A stretch of DNA of 64,000 nucleotides from the human T2T-CHM13v2.0 reference genome, Homo sapiens (GCF_009914755.1 NC_060937.1), one strand, 5' to 3'; positions 42,421 to 54,828 are shown, numbered from the stretch's first letter. The notes: generated by a model not told the origin, from the sequence alone. Program-made: numbers and translations.

Positions 42421-44056
42421 GAGATGGTCAGGGGACAACACAGAGAAGCACTGCTCTGTGGTGGCAAGCTCTGAGTCCTTAGCAGAATTAATATATGTTC
42501 ATATTCTACAACAGACCCCACCCTGCTTTTGGAGAACAATTCTGGCTTTGCCTTTAGCTACCCCTCCACCCCACCTCTGTGTTCCATAGGGTAGACTTCC
42601 TATTGGGTTCCCTGATTTTTTAAAGGAAAGAATGACTCTACCCCTGCTTATCTGGTTGCCAAGGTCTATGTTCTGTCCCTAATCAGCAATTAAAGCAATC
42701 CGTATTCCAACGAATTAATATAATTGTTATCTCCTGCCATTCAGCGGCTTGCCAAAGGTTGATTTCCATCAAACAACACTTGAGCAAGATAATCTAAAGG
42801 ATGCTACAATCTAAAGAGTCTAAGTTCCATCTTTGGACCAAATCAAAGACTAGATGAAATTAACATTTTAATAAAATAATACCTCCATATCATATCTGAC
42901 TTTCATGAAAGGTTGCTTAGAGCTGTACGCGGATGAATACTATTTCTATGTTTGCCGTGAAATGGTTGGGGTAAGAGTGCGCATCTTAGCCATCTGAGTC
43001 TGCCAGGTCAGTCAGGGGAATGGGAAGAGGAAAGTTCTCTCTTGAGGGTTGCTGTGTGTGCCCAAGCTTTTACAATGGAGTTTGTATAGTGCTGTATTTA
43101 CTGCTTTCCTGTGGCTGCCACAAAGCTTAAAGCTGGGTGTCTAATGTGCACTTAGCTTCTTCATCCTGCTTGGTTCCAATTTATCTGAATTTTTCATTTG
43201 GTGAGGTATTCTTTTTGTTTTATCTTTTTTGTTATTGTTCTTTATATGATGACTTAACTCCTCCCTTTTGGAAAAAGGAAAGATGTACATTCTTTAAAAG
43301 TTGAAGTGTTATTATAATAAATGCAAAATCATTGAGGGCTACTTCATCATATATTGTTAATATGCTCTACTAGTGATAATAGTCATTGCTGCTAATTGCA
43401 AACAATCCATGTGCATATGAGTGCAGGCTTGGCCACCCAACCCTCATCATGTAGGAGGTTGATCCACCAAGACAAGGTCATTGTTTTCTCTTTACTCTCT
43501 TCTATCATTTTCTTGCATCTAATGAAGGAAACTAGCCTGATTGTTTTGTGAAAAATAGTCCACCTTGGAGTTCTGACCTTGTCTCTCTTCTAATCTCTAC
43601 CTTTCTACATCGGTGGGCTTATTCCCTCCTGTGGCTCTAACTGCCTCTGTATGCTGGTGGGTCTCAATCTAAACTTCCAGCTGCAGAATCTCTTCAAGTT
43701 CCAGAGCTTAGGAAAATCAAATAACCTCTCTGCTACTGTAGTGAAGCTCCTGAGTAAATATTGGACACATCAAGGCCTTGGTATTCCATTCAGAGAGTTA
43801 CTGTCCTCAAGGAAGATGAACGAGCAGAAGTTAGGATGAGTTAATACCTGTGTGTCTTTAAAAGAAAGTTCTATTTTGTAATCAGGATTGTCTAGATTCT
43901 TCTTTCTGTGCACATAGAAACTGCCAACAATTACTTAAAAATGAGTTCCATGATCAATTAGTGTGATGTTCCTTGTCTCCTTAGACACTGATTCCTGAGG
44001 ATCTATAAGGGCATCAAAGTACACCTGTGGTGTAGTGAATCCCAGACACCATTAAT

Positions 44057-44275
44057 TAAGCTTGTCCAGCCCATGGCCCACGGACCACATGTGGCCCAGG
44101 ATGGCTTTGAATGTGGCCCAAAAAAATTCATAAACTTTCTTAAAACTTTATGAGACTTTTTTGTGTGTGATTTTTTTACCCTCATCAGCTATCATTAGTG
44201 TTGTATTTTATGTGTGGCCCAAGACAATTCTTCTTCCAATGTGGCCCAGGGAAGCCAAAAGATTGAACACCCCGG
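44057..44275. mobile_element. MER30 (hAT-Charlie)
   Basis: 'aagcttgtccagccc...ggcccaggatggctttgaatgtggccc...tggcccagggaagccaaaagattgaacaccc'; 8-bp TSD ccattaat / ccattcat. Confidence 0.92.
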
Positions 44276-44404
44276 CCATTCATCATAGGGTGAGCTATTG
44301 TTCTATGTGCCACGAAGGAAGAAAAGCACTGCCAAATAAACAATGCTATAAAATGTTCTTCTCATTTCAAATTTCTAATTTGTACTTATTGAGAGGTTTA
44401 ATAT

Positions 44405-45240
44405 CTTTATGAGGCATGATTGACACATGATAAACTGCATATCTTAAAAGCTTTGATACGTTTTACATATGGGCATACCTGTGAAGCTAGCACCACAATC
44501 TAAGAAGGGAATCTGTCCACCACCTCCCAATCCAAATGTTCTCTCATGCCCTTTTGTAATTCCTCCCTGACATCCTTCCTTTCAACCTACACTCTTGTTC
44601 AAAGGCAAATACTTCTCTGATTTGTCTCTCTCGAACAATTTTCATTTACCAAAATGTTATTTAATTTTATACCATTGTACAAATTTCTTTTTGGGTCTGA
44701 CTTCTTTCACGACACACAGTTATTTTGGGATTCACCCATGTTTTCATGTTTATCAACGGCTTATTTAATTCTTTGCTGTGTAGTGTTCCATTGTGTGGCT
44801 GTATCACAGTATGTTTATCCACTCACCTTTGATGGCATTTTGGGTTGTTTCCAGGTTTTGAATATTACAGAGTAACATACAATAAACACTTTTATATATG
44901 TACTTGTGTGGACATGTGTCTTTATTTCTTTTATTTTATGGCCAAATATATAGTCTTTCTGTGTGCATTTGAAACACTGTGTGCTTTGATTGGTCTATAA
45001 AAGTCAACTAGGTCAAATTGGTGGGTGATGCTGTTCAGATCTTCTATATTCTTAACAATTTTCTATCTATTTTTTCTATCAATTATTAAGAGACAGGCAT
45101 TGAAATCTCTGAATTTGTGGAGTTTTCTATTCTCTTTGCATCTCTATCAGTTCTCAGTCCTTGTTCCATGTATTTATAAGCTCCATTAGGTGCATAAGCT
45201 AACCCCCTTCTTATAATGAAACATCTTAGTTTTTAATTCC
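44405..45240 (-). mobile_element. Old L1 (L1MC/MD-like) 3' end joined to an ORF2 fragment
   Basis: 'taaactgcatat...acctgtgaagctagcaccacaatc', 'gatggcattttgggttgtttccagg', 'aggtcaaattggtgggtgatgctgttcagatcttctatat'. Confidence 0.75.
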
Positions 45241-45340
45241 TTAAGTGTTTTGTTGCCTGAAATGCTGAGGGGTTCCCATTGCCCCAACATGACCTAGAAT
45301 GACAGCTGAGGTCACACACAATGAGGGCAATGGCAACTCC

Positions 45341-45650
45341 TTTTTTTTTTTTTTTTTTTTTGAGATAGGGTCTCACTCTATCACCCAGGCTGGAGTGCAG
45401 TGGTACAATCTAAGCTCAGTGCAACCTTCACCTCCCAGGTTCAAGTGATTCTTGTCCCTCAGCCTTCCGAATAGCTGAGATTACTGGTGTGTGTCACCAC
45501 GCCTGGCTAATTTTCTTTCTTTTTTTTTTTTTTGGAAACAGGGTATCACCATGTTAGCCAGGCTGGTCATGAACTCCTGGCCTCAAGTGATCCACCAGGC
45601 TCGGCCTCCCCAAGTGCTGGGATTACAGGCATGAGACACAGCACCCAGCC
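45341..45650 (-). mobile_element. AluJb-like
   Basis: Antisense Alu with T21 tail and expanded T linker; TSD GGCAACTCC at 45332 and 45651. Confidence 0.96.
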
Positions 45651-46253
45651 GGCAACTCCATCTTGAGTGCTCCTGGCCATCAATGCTTGGAAGATGTGCA
45701 CACTCTTCATAAATGTTAAAATGTAAAACATCAACATGTGTTTGATAACCAATGACAATATTATGTGGTGTTTGTGAAGCTAATTAGCTGCAGTGATTAT
45801 TCTTAATGGAAATCTCTGAGGAATAGTCTCTGACAAGTCCTTAATTCACCTTGAGTTATGCCTGTTTAAATGGCCCAAACTCTGTTTAGCTATACTATAG
45901 AGTGATATGGAAAATGGGCATCGTCACCATGGGTATGACCAGGTTAGGGTGAGAAGTCGTGACTATGCCTCTCTGAGGGGAAGAGGAGTCTCAGAGGTCA
46001 GTGAGGCAGCCCCAGACCCTGCTGCCCTCTCCTCAGGGGTATGGCTTTGCCTGTGTCAGTCTTGAAGGCCCTGGGTCTGTATTTTGTCAGAGATTTCCTT
46101 ACACTTGTAACTCCATCTGCATTCTGGTCATCTCTATACAGGGGTCTCACAGCATTTCAAACAGAAGACACCCAAAGTTGAAATTCTTATATTTCAGGGG
46201 CTGCTTCTCCATCTCTCTTGTCATCTCAGTTAGTGCATAAGCATGGATACAAC

Positions 46254-46296
46254 CACACACGTGCACGTGCACATACACACACGCACACACATACAC
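46254..46296. repeat. Imperfect (CA)n tract containing tandem CACGTG
   Basis: cacacacgtgcacgtgcacatacacacacgcacacacatacac. Confidence 0.85.
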
Positions 46297-46821
46297 CGTG
46301 TTCCACAGAAGCCATTTCAAATACCATGGCCAGTCATTTCATCCCTTACAGTCTTGCCCCAAACGCCCCTGTAAACGTCATCTCTCCCCATCCCATCCCA
46401 GCCTCAAATGACACTTGTGTTTCTGTCACCTTGAAATTCTCACTCTGTATCAGGTGCCCCTTTTTCTTCAATTGACTCATGCCAAGAACATACTTAACTT
46501 TTACATTTATATCTAGAAAGTTTTCTCATCCTCTACAACGGAACTCAAAATGTTTTCCCCAGCAAAGAACTCCTACAGTCCCCAGGCAGAAGGGGCTTCT
46601 TTCCATACAGCCCCGTTCTCCACTTCAAGCTGCATTTTGGGACAATTCTGTGCCCATGTGCCATCTTCCTGTGTGCTCCTGCTCTAGGCTGTGCTCTGAG
46701 GAAACAAAACATGTGTCTACTGATAAATGGAATTGGGAGGGCATTTCTCACCTACCTACCTGTCCCTGGAGATCCCTCTGTTTTGCTTTTTTCCTCTTAC
46801 ACTTGCCTATAGATAACTGGT

Positions 46822-47199
46822 TGATATGGTTTGGCTGTGCCCCCACCCAAATCTCATGTTGAATTGTTGTTCCCACAATCCCCACGTGTCACGGGAGGGA
46901 CCCAGTGAGAGGTAATTCAACCATGGGAGCGGTTTCCCGCATGCTATTCTCGTGATAGTGAGTGATTCCTCACGAGATCTGATGGTTTTACAAGGGGCTT
47001 CCCCCTTTGTTCAGCTCTCATTCTTCTCATTCCTGCTACCATGTGAAGAAGGATGTGTTTGCTTCCCCTTCCACCATGATTTTAAGTTTCCTGAGGCCTC
47101 CTGAGCCCTGCAGAACAGTAAGTCAATTAAATGTCTTTCCTTTATAAATTACTCAGTCTTGAGTATGTCCTTATAGCAGCATGAGAACAGACTAATACA
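46822..47199 (+). mobile_element. THE1 (THE1C-like) MaLR solo LTR
   Basis: Runs from 'tgatatggtttggctgtgcccccacccaaatctc' to 'gagaacagactaataca'; TSD ctggt / ccggt. Confidence 0.95.
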
Positions 47200-49186
47200 C
47201 CGGTTGCCTGTGAAGCACCCGCCTCCTAGTTCTTGCTGCTCCTGCTGCTCTCCCAGCCACTAATGCCTGGCGCCCAGGCCTGGGGCTGCTCTGTCCAAGC
47301 ACCTATCTGATGACCTGCCTGCCCTCAGTCTTTCTTGTGAGGAATCCATGCTTCAGGCATACACTTGACACTGCCCTTGATGGATACGGATAGTTCTCGG
47401 GTTATACTGTGAATTCTCCACTTGATGGAAGGGGATATTTACCTACCCCTTTTGGAAAAGCATTAATTCTGGGGAAAGGGCCTGGACTCCTGGCAGAGGG
47501 GACCCAGGAGGACCGCTGCCCTCTAAACAGTCTCACGGCTGCCACATCTAAACTGCCAAAAGCAATAAGTTGTGATACTCACACTAAGTCATGATAAGAT
47601 GAGAAACTAGTGAAAGTAGTTGTTTTAAAATCTCAGTGTGTAAACACTAAAATTGTAGTTTCATATCATTGATCTTTAATTATGGCCATGTGTGCAAATG
47701 GGATGCAAAATTGAGCAAGCATTATGTAAATCATTTAAAAAATTGTGAGTAATCAAATGTCATTCACTATTTTATATATTTCTATCCATGCTACTTTAGC
47801 CAAATATTGGTCAGTCCCTCTGCCGGGGGCAAACGGAAATGAACAGAGCTTGATTCAGAGATTTCCAAAACAGTGAAAGTCATCATGGTTTTATGTATTA
47901 TCCAAAAGTGGGGGAACTTCTATTAATGTACTTATTTTAAAACACAGGAAATCTTATTGGTTTTGTTTTTGAAGTGATTTGTCTAAAACTTCAGTCAATA
48001 TTTTTATTTTACTTGAGAAAGTCCTCTTAAACATTTTAAAAGTCAGCCAGTTTTTTACAATTAGACAAGTATCTTCCAAGAGTTGTGGAGCTTTTAGGCA
48101 GAGTTCCCCAGATTATAATGGGAAAGATAAACTTTAAACAGTTTTTATGTAGTCTAAACAAGTATGTCTACATTCTAAGTTGTCATATGAATTTTATTCA
48201 GATGTCCAAAGGTTTTCCAATAGATATGTTAATGTTCTGAAAATAAAATATTTTAATATATTGCCGCAAAGTATTTGGATTTTTAAATTTTAATATCTTT
48301 TGTTTTCCCATTCAAAAAGTAATATCATCTTTTAGTAAAAAAGTAATGCAATTCAGAGGATTTCCTTCAGCTACATAATTTTTCTTATTAATTCATAATG
48401 CCTTAGGAATTACAAAAAAACCCAACATATTGTTTACATTAATTTTTGCTTAGCCAAATTCAAAACTCATTTTGAGCCTCTTTTATATTAAGATTGGTTT
48501 TTTCCATTTATTAAATTTATTTATGCAAGAGTTAACAAAAGCTGTTTACTTGGAGTCTTAAACAGTGTATAATGTTTTCAGTGTGTTGAATAATTTTTGT
48601 TATCTTTGCCTTTGAATTATTGTGGGATAAAAAGACAGAACAGACTAGTCAGCTGGCCTAACTCCTTCTTGGAAATTTATAGTTAATTTCTGGTCCTACA
48701 CTGACCATCTGTGCCCGAATATCCAACGTAGATGTTTTCAAAAACAGTTTCTGCTCTATCAAAACAAGAGTTCATGATTCACTTTCAGACTTTGTTCTTT
48801 CAACTAACTTGTTTGTTCAGGAAAACAGATTTCCAAGACTTGCACACACAGCAGGATCTCTGTGCCCTGTTTTTACTCCTGGGTTGCTCAGATGACACGT
48901 CTTTTGGTCCATAAAACACATGTTAGAGATAATAGATAATTGGAGGAAAGCACAATAATCTTGTGACTGTTTTTTCCAAAGATTCACCAGCCTCTGCCTA
49001 GGAAAAGCGCAGGCATATAAAAAGACCCTGTGCCCATGAACAGGAGCTTTTTATCATCACCCAGTCTGGAGGGAGGCCAGAATGCCTCTCTCTGTGTATC
49101 TCTTTTGCCTGGACCTGAGAACATGTCAGCATTTCAATGCATTTATCCAGGTTCCATTCCCATTTTTCCCATTTTCCTCTAAACAG

Positions 49187-49332
49187 GCTGCCTCTACTCT
49201 CCAAGTTGACTCCATTCAATCTCTTGCGGCTGCTGCTTCCCTAACTCTGAGTCCTTGCCTTCTGCTACATTTGGTTACAATTAACGTCCAGCTTGTCTTC
49301 TAGACCTCACCTGCTCTGGGCTCTGGACCCAG
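49187..49332 (+). other. Candidate spliced exon of an unknown, probably non-coding transcript
   Basis: Polypyrimidine tract plus AG ('ttcccatttttcccattttcctctaaacag') ending at 49186 and consensus donor CAG|GTGAGT at 49332/49333; no expression evidence. Confidence 0.3.
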
Positions 49333-49461
49333 GTGAGTAAGTCATCCTTTTTTGTCCTTACCAATAAATCAAGTCCAACCTCAGGAGAACTACTTCATAC
49401 ATTTCTAAGTGTATGGGAAAACAAAGCAAAACAAAAAACTACCATAGAGGATGTGCCGTGC

Positions 49462-50265
49462 AAATCTGCTGTAGTGTAGACGGCTCCCTCTCTCTAAATC
49501 TACTGTAGTGTAGACGGCTCCCTCTCTCTAAATCTACTGTAGTGTAGACGGCTCCCTCTCTGTAAATCTACTGTAGTGTAGACGGCTCCCTCTCTGTAAA
49601 TCTACTGTAGTGTAGACGGCTCCCTCTCTGTAAATCTACTGTAGTGTAGACGGCTCCCTCTCTGTAAATCTACTGTAGTGTAGACGGCTCCCTCTCTGTA
49701 AATCTACTGTAGTGTAGACGGCTCCCTCTCTGTAAATCTACTGTAGTGTAGACGGCTCCCTCTCTGTAAATCTACTGTAGATGGCTCCCTCTCTATAAAT
49801 CTACTGTAGTGTAGACGGCTCCCTCTCTATAAATCTACTGTAGTGTAGACGGCTCCCTCTCTGTAAATCTACTGTAGTGTAGACGGCTCCCTCTCTGTAA
49901 ATCTACTGTAGATGGCTCCCTCTCTATAAATCTACTGTAGTGTAGACGGCTCCCTCTCTATAAATCTACTGTAGTGTAGACGGCTCCCTCTCTGTAAATC
50001 TACTGTAGTGTAGACAGCTCCCTCTCTGCAAATCTACTGGATGCAGATGGCTCCCTCTCTGTAAATCTACTGTAGTATAGACAGCTCCCTCTCTGCAAAT
50101 CTACTGGAGTGTAGACGGCTCCCACTCTGCAAATCTACTGGAGTGTAGACGGCTCCCTCTCTGCAAATCTACTGTAGTGTAGATGGTTCCCTCTCTGCAA
50201 ATCTACTGTAGTGTAGACGGCTCCCTCTCTGCAAATCTACTGGAGGCAGACAGCTCCCTCTCTGT
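49462..50265. repeat. Minisatellite (VNTR-like), 24 units of 34 bp
   Basis: Unit AAATCTACTGTAGTGTAGACGGCTCCCTCTCTGT; starts at 49462, 49496, 49530 and so on; 29-bp variants at 49768 and 49899. Confidence 0.99.
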
Positions 50266-51009
50266 ACTTCTAAGCAGTGGAGGAGACAAGGGACAGGACA
50301 TTTAGAGCACCTTGTCACTCAAGCACGAAAAGGAAAGAACAGGGCCTGTTGGTAAGTTATAAAGTACACGACACAAGTATCCCACCATGCCGTCCCGCTC
50401 AGTGTGGCCTCCATGTGTACTGACTGTGGTAGCAATGGCATCGCCCTGCAACCTTGCAAGTCTAGTCACAGCCCTCTGGTTGGAACTTGAGCTTTGGCCC
50501 TAGTTAGGCAAGAGAAGGAAAACTAAAAGACGAAAGATGTGCTTGACTTATGCTTGAGTTAGGATTTTCCTTATGTGACAATTCAGGTAAAGACACCCAA
50601 GCTGAAGCTAAATTCTGAGGTCACGGGCCCTGTTCTTCCTGACCCTCAGGCCCTGCATGTATTTCCCACAGAGTTTCTCCAGCTTTTAGGAAGAAATGAT
50701 ATCCATGAGTGTTTTTCATACAATTGGTTGGATAGAAAGCAAAACTGAAAGAACAGCCAGGTCGGCGGGTTTCTGCTTTCTCGTCCCCACTTCCTAGAGA
50801 GATAACCACAGGCAGGTTGTGGGCCTCTTGGCAGCATCAATGTTCAGCTGCTCCTGACACTACTGACATGCAGTGCTTCTCTCACAAGGTTGTTTGAGGA
50901 TCAAATAAGAAAGAACTTGGTAAACAATAAATTATCACGTGTTTCTTCCTGTCTCTTTCCTATTTCATTTCTTCTAGGTCCTTCTTTCATTCCCTTGTTC
51001 TGTTCCATC

Positions 51010-51336
51010 CTTTCTTTTTCTATTTTTTAATTGATTTTTTTTTTATTTCAGTAGGTTTCTTGGGGAACAGCTGGTGTTTGGTTACATGAACAAGTTCTTT
51101 AGTGGTGATTTCTGAGATCTTGGTGCACCCATCACCCGAGCAGGATACACAGTACCCAATGTGTAGTCTTTTATCCCTCACCCCCTCCCACACTTTCCCC
51201 CGAGTCCCCCAAGTCCATTGTCTCATTCTTATGCCTTTGCATCCTTATAGCTTAGCTCCCACTTATAAGTGAGAGCACACGATGTTTGGTTTTCCATTCC
51301 TGAGTTACATCTCTTAGAATAATAGTCTCCAATTCA
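51010..51336 (-). mobile_element. L1PB1-like 3' end
   Basis: 'ggggaacagctggtgtttggttacatgaacaagttctttagtggtgatttctgagat...cttatgcctttgcatcc.tatagcttagctcccacttataagtgag'. Confidence 0.92.
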
Positions 51337-51580
51337 ATTTTCCTTCGTCTAGTCCTTCTTCCAGCAATTGCTTAATTACCTTCAGTTTGTTTTTTATCTT
51401 CCTCATTTTCATCTTCTTTACTTCTTCATCTGTCCCCATGTTTAATTCTGTCCTTCTCTTTTCTCTATATAAGTGAATTCAGGAAATATAAATAAAAGAA
51501 TACCTTACTATTTTATGATAACTACCAATGGAAAGAAGAATAAAACCAGATTAATCTAAATTAGAAACTAAAACAAATTT

Positions 51581-51615
51581 CATATACATATACATATATA
51601 TATATATATATATAT
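51581..51615. repeat. (CATATA)n/(TA)n microsatellite
   Basis: Read directly from the sequence. Confidence 0.9.
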
Positions 51616-51939
51616 TTCCACTTACTATGGAGTGAAGGATGAGATGGTACATCTTAGATAACTTTACCAATAGATGTTAATAAAGTATAATTTTCTGCTA
51701 AAGGTCTTCAGTCTGAAAATGAATTTATTCTGAGAAGTTATTTTATTTTAATAGGCAGACACACAGACATACAGACAAAGACATACACATGGGGAAGTAG
51801 TGGGGATGAGAAAAGTGAGAGACAGGAATAGAAGAGAGAGAGGGAAAGAGAATCGGAGAAGAGTCAACTAAAATATAAATACTTGGATGCATAATATGGA
51901 GCATTAGTTCTAAAAATTCTGTGTATGAAAAAAAAATGC

Positions 51940-52235
51940 TAGAAAAGCTTCATCTAGATTTTAAGCCCAGATCCTTGGCCCCCAACTCATATGAACTGAC
52001 TTAGTAGAGCTAGGTGTTAACCTGGAATCGCTATTGTTTAACATGCACCCCAAGAACTTTTAATGCAGTTGGTCATTTTTCAGGTCATTGAGACTGATTT
52101 CAGATATGGTTTTTACAATAGATTCATCTGGGAAACTTTGACAATAAGGATGTCTGATGTTGAATGAGGTCCAGACACCTGTCCATACCCTCAGTGATTC
52201 TAATATTCAGCTGCAGTTGGGAGTTATTACCCTGA
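51940..52235. mobile_element. MER5-family fragments
   Basis: 'cagatccttggccccc...tttaacatgcaccccaag...taatgcag' and 'ccctcagtgattctaatattcagctgcagttggga'. Confidence 0.5.
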
Positions 52236-52249
52236 AGGATTTCAACTTT

Positions 52250-52580
52250 GGGCACAGAAAAGCCAGGGTTGTAATCATAGCTCCAACACTCAGATGTGTG
52301 GCCTTGAACAAATAACCAAATCTCCCTAGGCCTCTGTATTCTCCTCCGTAAATTACGTGACAATAATTTTCACTTCAAGCATTGGATCAGTGGGCTCTCA
52401 AACTTAGCTATATATTAAAATCATCAAGGGAGGTTTTGAACCATGCCAGGCCCCATCCTATCTGAATTTGAATCTTTGGCAGTGGACTAAGGCATTGGTG
52501 TTTTTATAAAGTTTCCTAGGTGATTTAAATGTACACTCAAATTTAAGACCTGTGGATTGGGGAATTAAATGAGATCCTGC
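52250..52580 (+). mobile_element. MIR split by a MER5A insertion
   Basis: MIR core 'atgtgtggccttgaacaaataacc..tctccctaggcctctgtattctcctccgtaaa' resumes as 'ggggaattaaatgagat' after the MER5A. Confidence 0.7.
52388..52554. mobile_element. MER5A
   Basis: 'cagtgggctctcaaacttagc...aatcatcaagggag...gtttcctaggtgattt.aatgtacactcaaatttaaga'. Confidence 0.75.
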
Positions 52581-53613
52581 TGTCATTATCAATCACCTAC
52601 TACTAGTAATGGAAATAGTAACTGGCATGCACTGTGTCCTTGCTAGGTGGGAGGGACTATTATTCTAGCATTCCACAGGGGATGTCTTGGTTTTATCCCC
52701 AACACCTGTGTGGGGTAGATTCTATGTTTCTGTGAAGCATCTTCCTTAGTTACCAGTTGCTAGGTCAGCTTTCTGTTTCCCAGTATAGGCAGAAAAAGAG
52801 CCAAGGTGTGTCAAGGGAAGGCGCACCCTGTGGGCCCATGGCAGCAGTGCCCTCCCTGAAGCCGTGGGTCTGTGGGCAGCCTGCCCTGGCCGGCCGGCCT
52901 TTGCTGCAGTCGCAGAGCCTGTGGCTGCGGGTTAGGGGTCATCTACTGAAGGCAGGCACATGTCCAAGTGGAATACAGCATTCAGGAGGGAGACTAGCAA
53001 AAGATTGTCTTAGGTCTATGACAAAAGAGGAAAAACTGAAAAGATTGCATTTGATACCAATTAGCAAAAGCTTTGAATGAGACCTGTTGCCTTTTTTTTT
53101 TTTTTTTTTAATATCTTGAGTTGAGGGGCCAGTGAGAAGTCAGGAGCATCTTAAATCTTCCTCCTTTCAGTTTGCATACTACTTTCTTTTCCTGGGAGAG
53201 TACTGACACTGATGTTTTCAATCTTTTCAACTAGGAAATGGGTATCTTTTTGGTATCCACCTGACCTGAGAGTCAGTACACATCTGACATAAATGATTAT
53301 ATAGCATAAAATAGAAAGTCTCTAAAAGTGCACATGAGCTGTAAAAGTTTCCCCCACTATGATTACCTATTAAAAATAAAAGAAAAAGAATATCTTATGT
53401 TTTCTCTGCTCTTCATACATAAAAACCATGCTTTGGTACTGGCATAAAAACAGACACATAGACCAACGGAACAGAATAGACAACCCAGAAATAAATACAT
53501 GTATTTACAGCCAACTGATTTTTGACAAAAGCATCTGGAACATTTGGTGGGGAAAGGACAGCCAATACAATAAATAGTGCTCTGAAAACTGGATATCTGT
53601 ATTCAGAAAAATA

Positions 53614-53692
53614 AAACTAAACTAAACTAAACTAAACTAAACTATCTCTTACCATATACTATCTCTTACCATAAACTATCTCTTACCACATA
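53614..53692. repeat. (AAACT)6 fused to three copies of a 17-bp repeat inside the L1
   Basis: ACTATCTCTTACCA at 53641, 53658 and 53675. Confidence 0.92.
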
Positions 53693-54282
53693 CAAAAACG
53701 AAATCAAAATGGATTAAAGACTTAAATATAAGACCTGAAAGTATGAAACTACTAGAAGAAAACATAGGAAAAATGCTTCAGAACATTGGTATGGGCAAAA
53801 AATTTTATGAATAAGACTCAAAAGCACAGGCAACAAAACCAAAAATAGACAAATGGGATTACATCAAACTAAAAAGATTCTACACAGCAAAGGATGTAAT
53901 CAACAGAGCAAAGAGACAACTTACAGAATGGAAGAATATATTTTCAAACTATTCATCTGACAAGGGATTAATATCCAGAATATATAAGGAACTTAATTCT
54001 GTGAAAGATCTAAATAGATATCACTTAAAAGATGACACACAAATGGCCAACAAGTATATGAAAAGTGCTCAACATGACTATAAAGCAAATCAAAACCACA
54101 ATGAGCTATCATCTCACTTAAGATGACTGTTATCAAAAAGACAAAAAATAAATGCTAGAGAGGGTACAGAGAAAGAGAAACTCTTATGTACTGTAGGTGG
54201 GAATGTAAATTAGTACAGCCATTATTAAAAAAAAAAAACAACAACATAGAGGTTCTTCAAGAACTAAAAATAGAACTACTAT

Positions 54283-54828
54283 TGTATCAGCCAGGGTTCT
54301 CTAAAGGGACAGAACTAATAGGATAGATGAATATATGAAGGTGAGTTTGTTAGGAGAATTGATTCACGTGATCACAAGGTGAAGTCCCACCATATGCTGT
54401 CTGCAAGCTGAGGAGCAAAAACGCCAGTCCAAGTCCCCACACCCCAAAGTAGGGAAGCCAACAGTGCAGCCTTCAGTCTGTGGCCAAAGGCCTGAGAGCC
54501 CCTGGCAAATCACTGGTGTAAGTCCAAGAGTCCAAAAGCTGAAGAACTTTGAGTCTGATTTTCAAGGGCAGGAAGCATCCAGCATGGGAGAAAGATGAAG
54601 ACCAGAAAACTCAGTGAGTCTGCTCATTCCACCTTCTCCTGTCTGCTTTATTTTAGCTGCACTGGCAGCTGATTAGATGGTGCCCACCCAGATTGAGGGC
54701 GAGGCTGCCTCTCTCAGTCCCTTGACTCAAATGTTAATCTCCTTTGGCAACACCCTCACAGACACACCAGGAACAATACTTTGGTTCCTTCAATCCAATC
54801 AAGTTGACACTCAATATTAACCATCACA
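54283..54828 (-). mobile_element. MLT2A (MLT2A1/A2-like) ERVL solo LTR
   Basis: Runs from 'tgtatcagccagggttctctaaagggacagaactaatagg' to 'caagttgacactcaatattaaccatcaca'; TSD actat / accat restores L1 'tagaactaccatat'. Confidence 0.93.

Noticed and set aside
49462-50265. Resemblance of the repeat unit to a Cas12a CRISPR direct repeat (AAATCTACTGTAGTGTAGA vs AATTTCTACT-loop-GTAGAT)
   Set aside because: The units abut with no unique spacers, the intervening 14 bp is constant, and the 5' AATTT needed for the crRNA pseudoknot is absent. There are no cas genes and the context is primate repeat-rich DNA. This is a minisatellite with a coincidental TCTAC/GTAGA stem.
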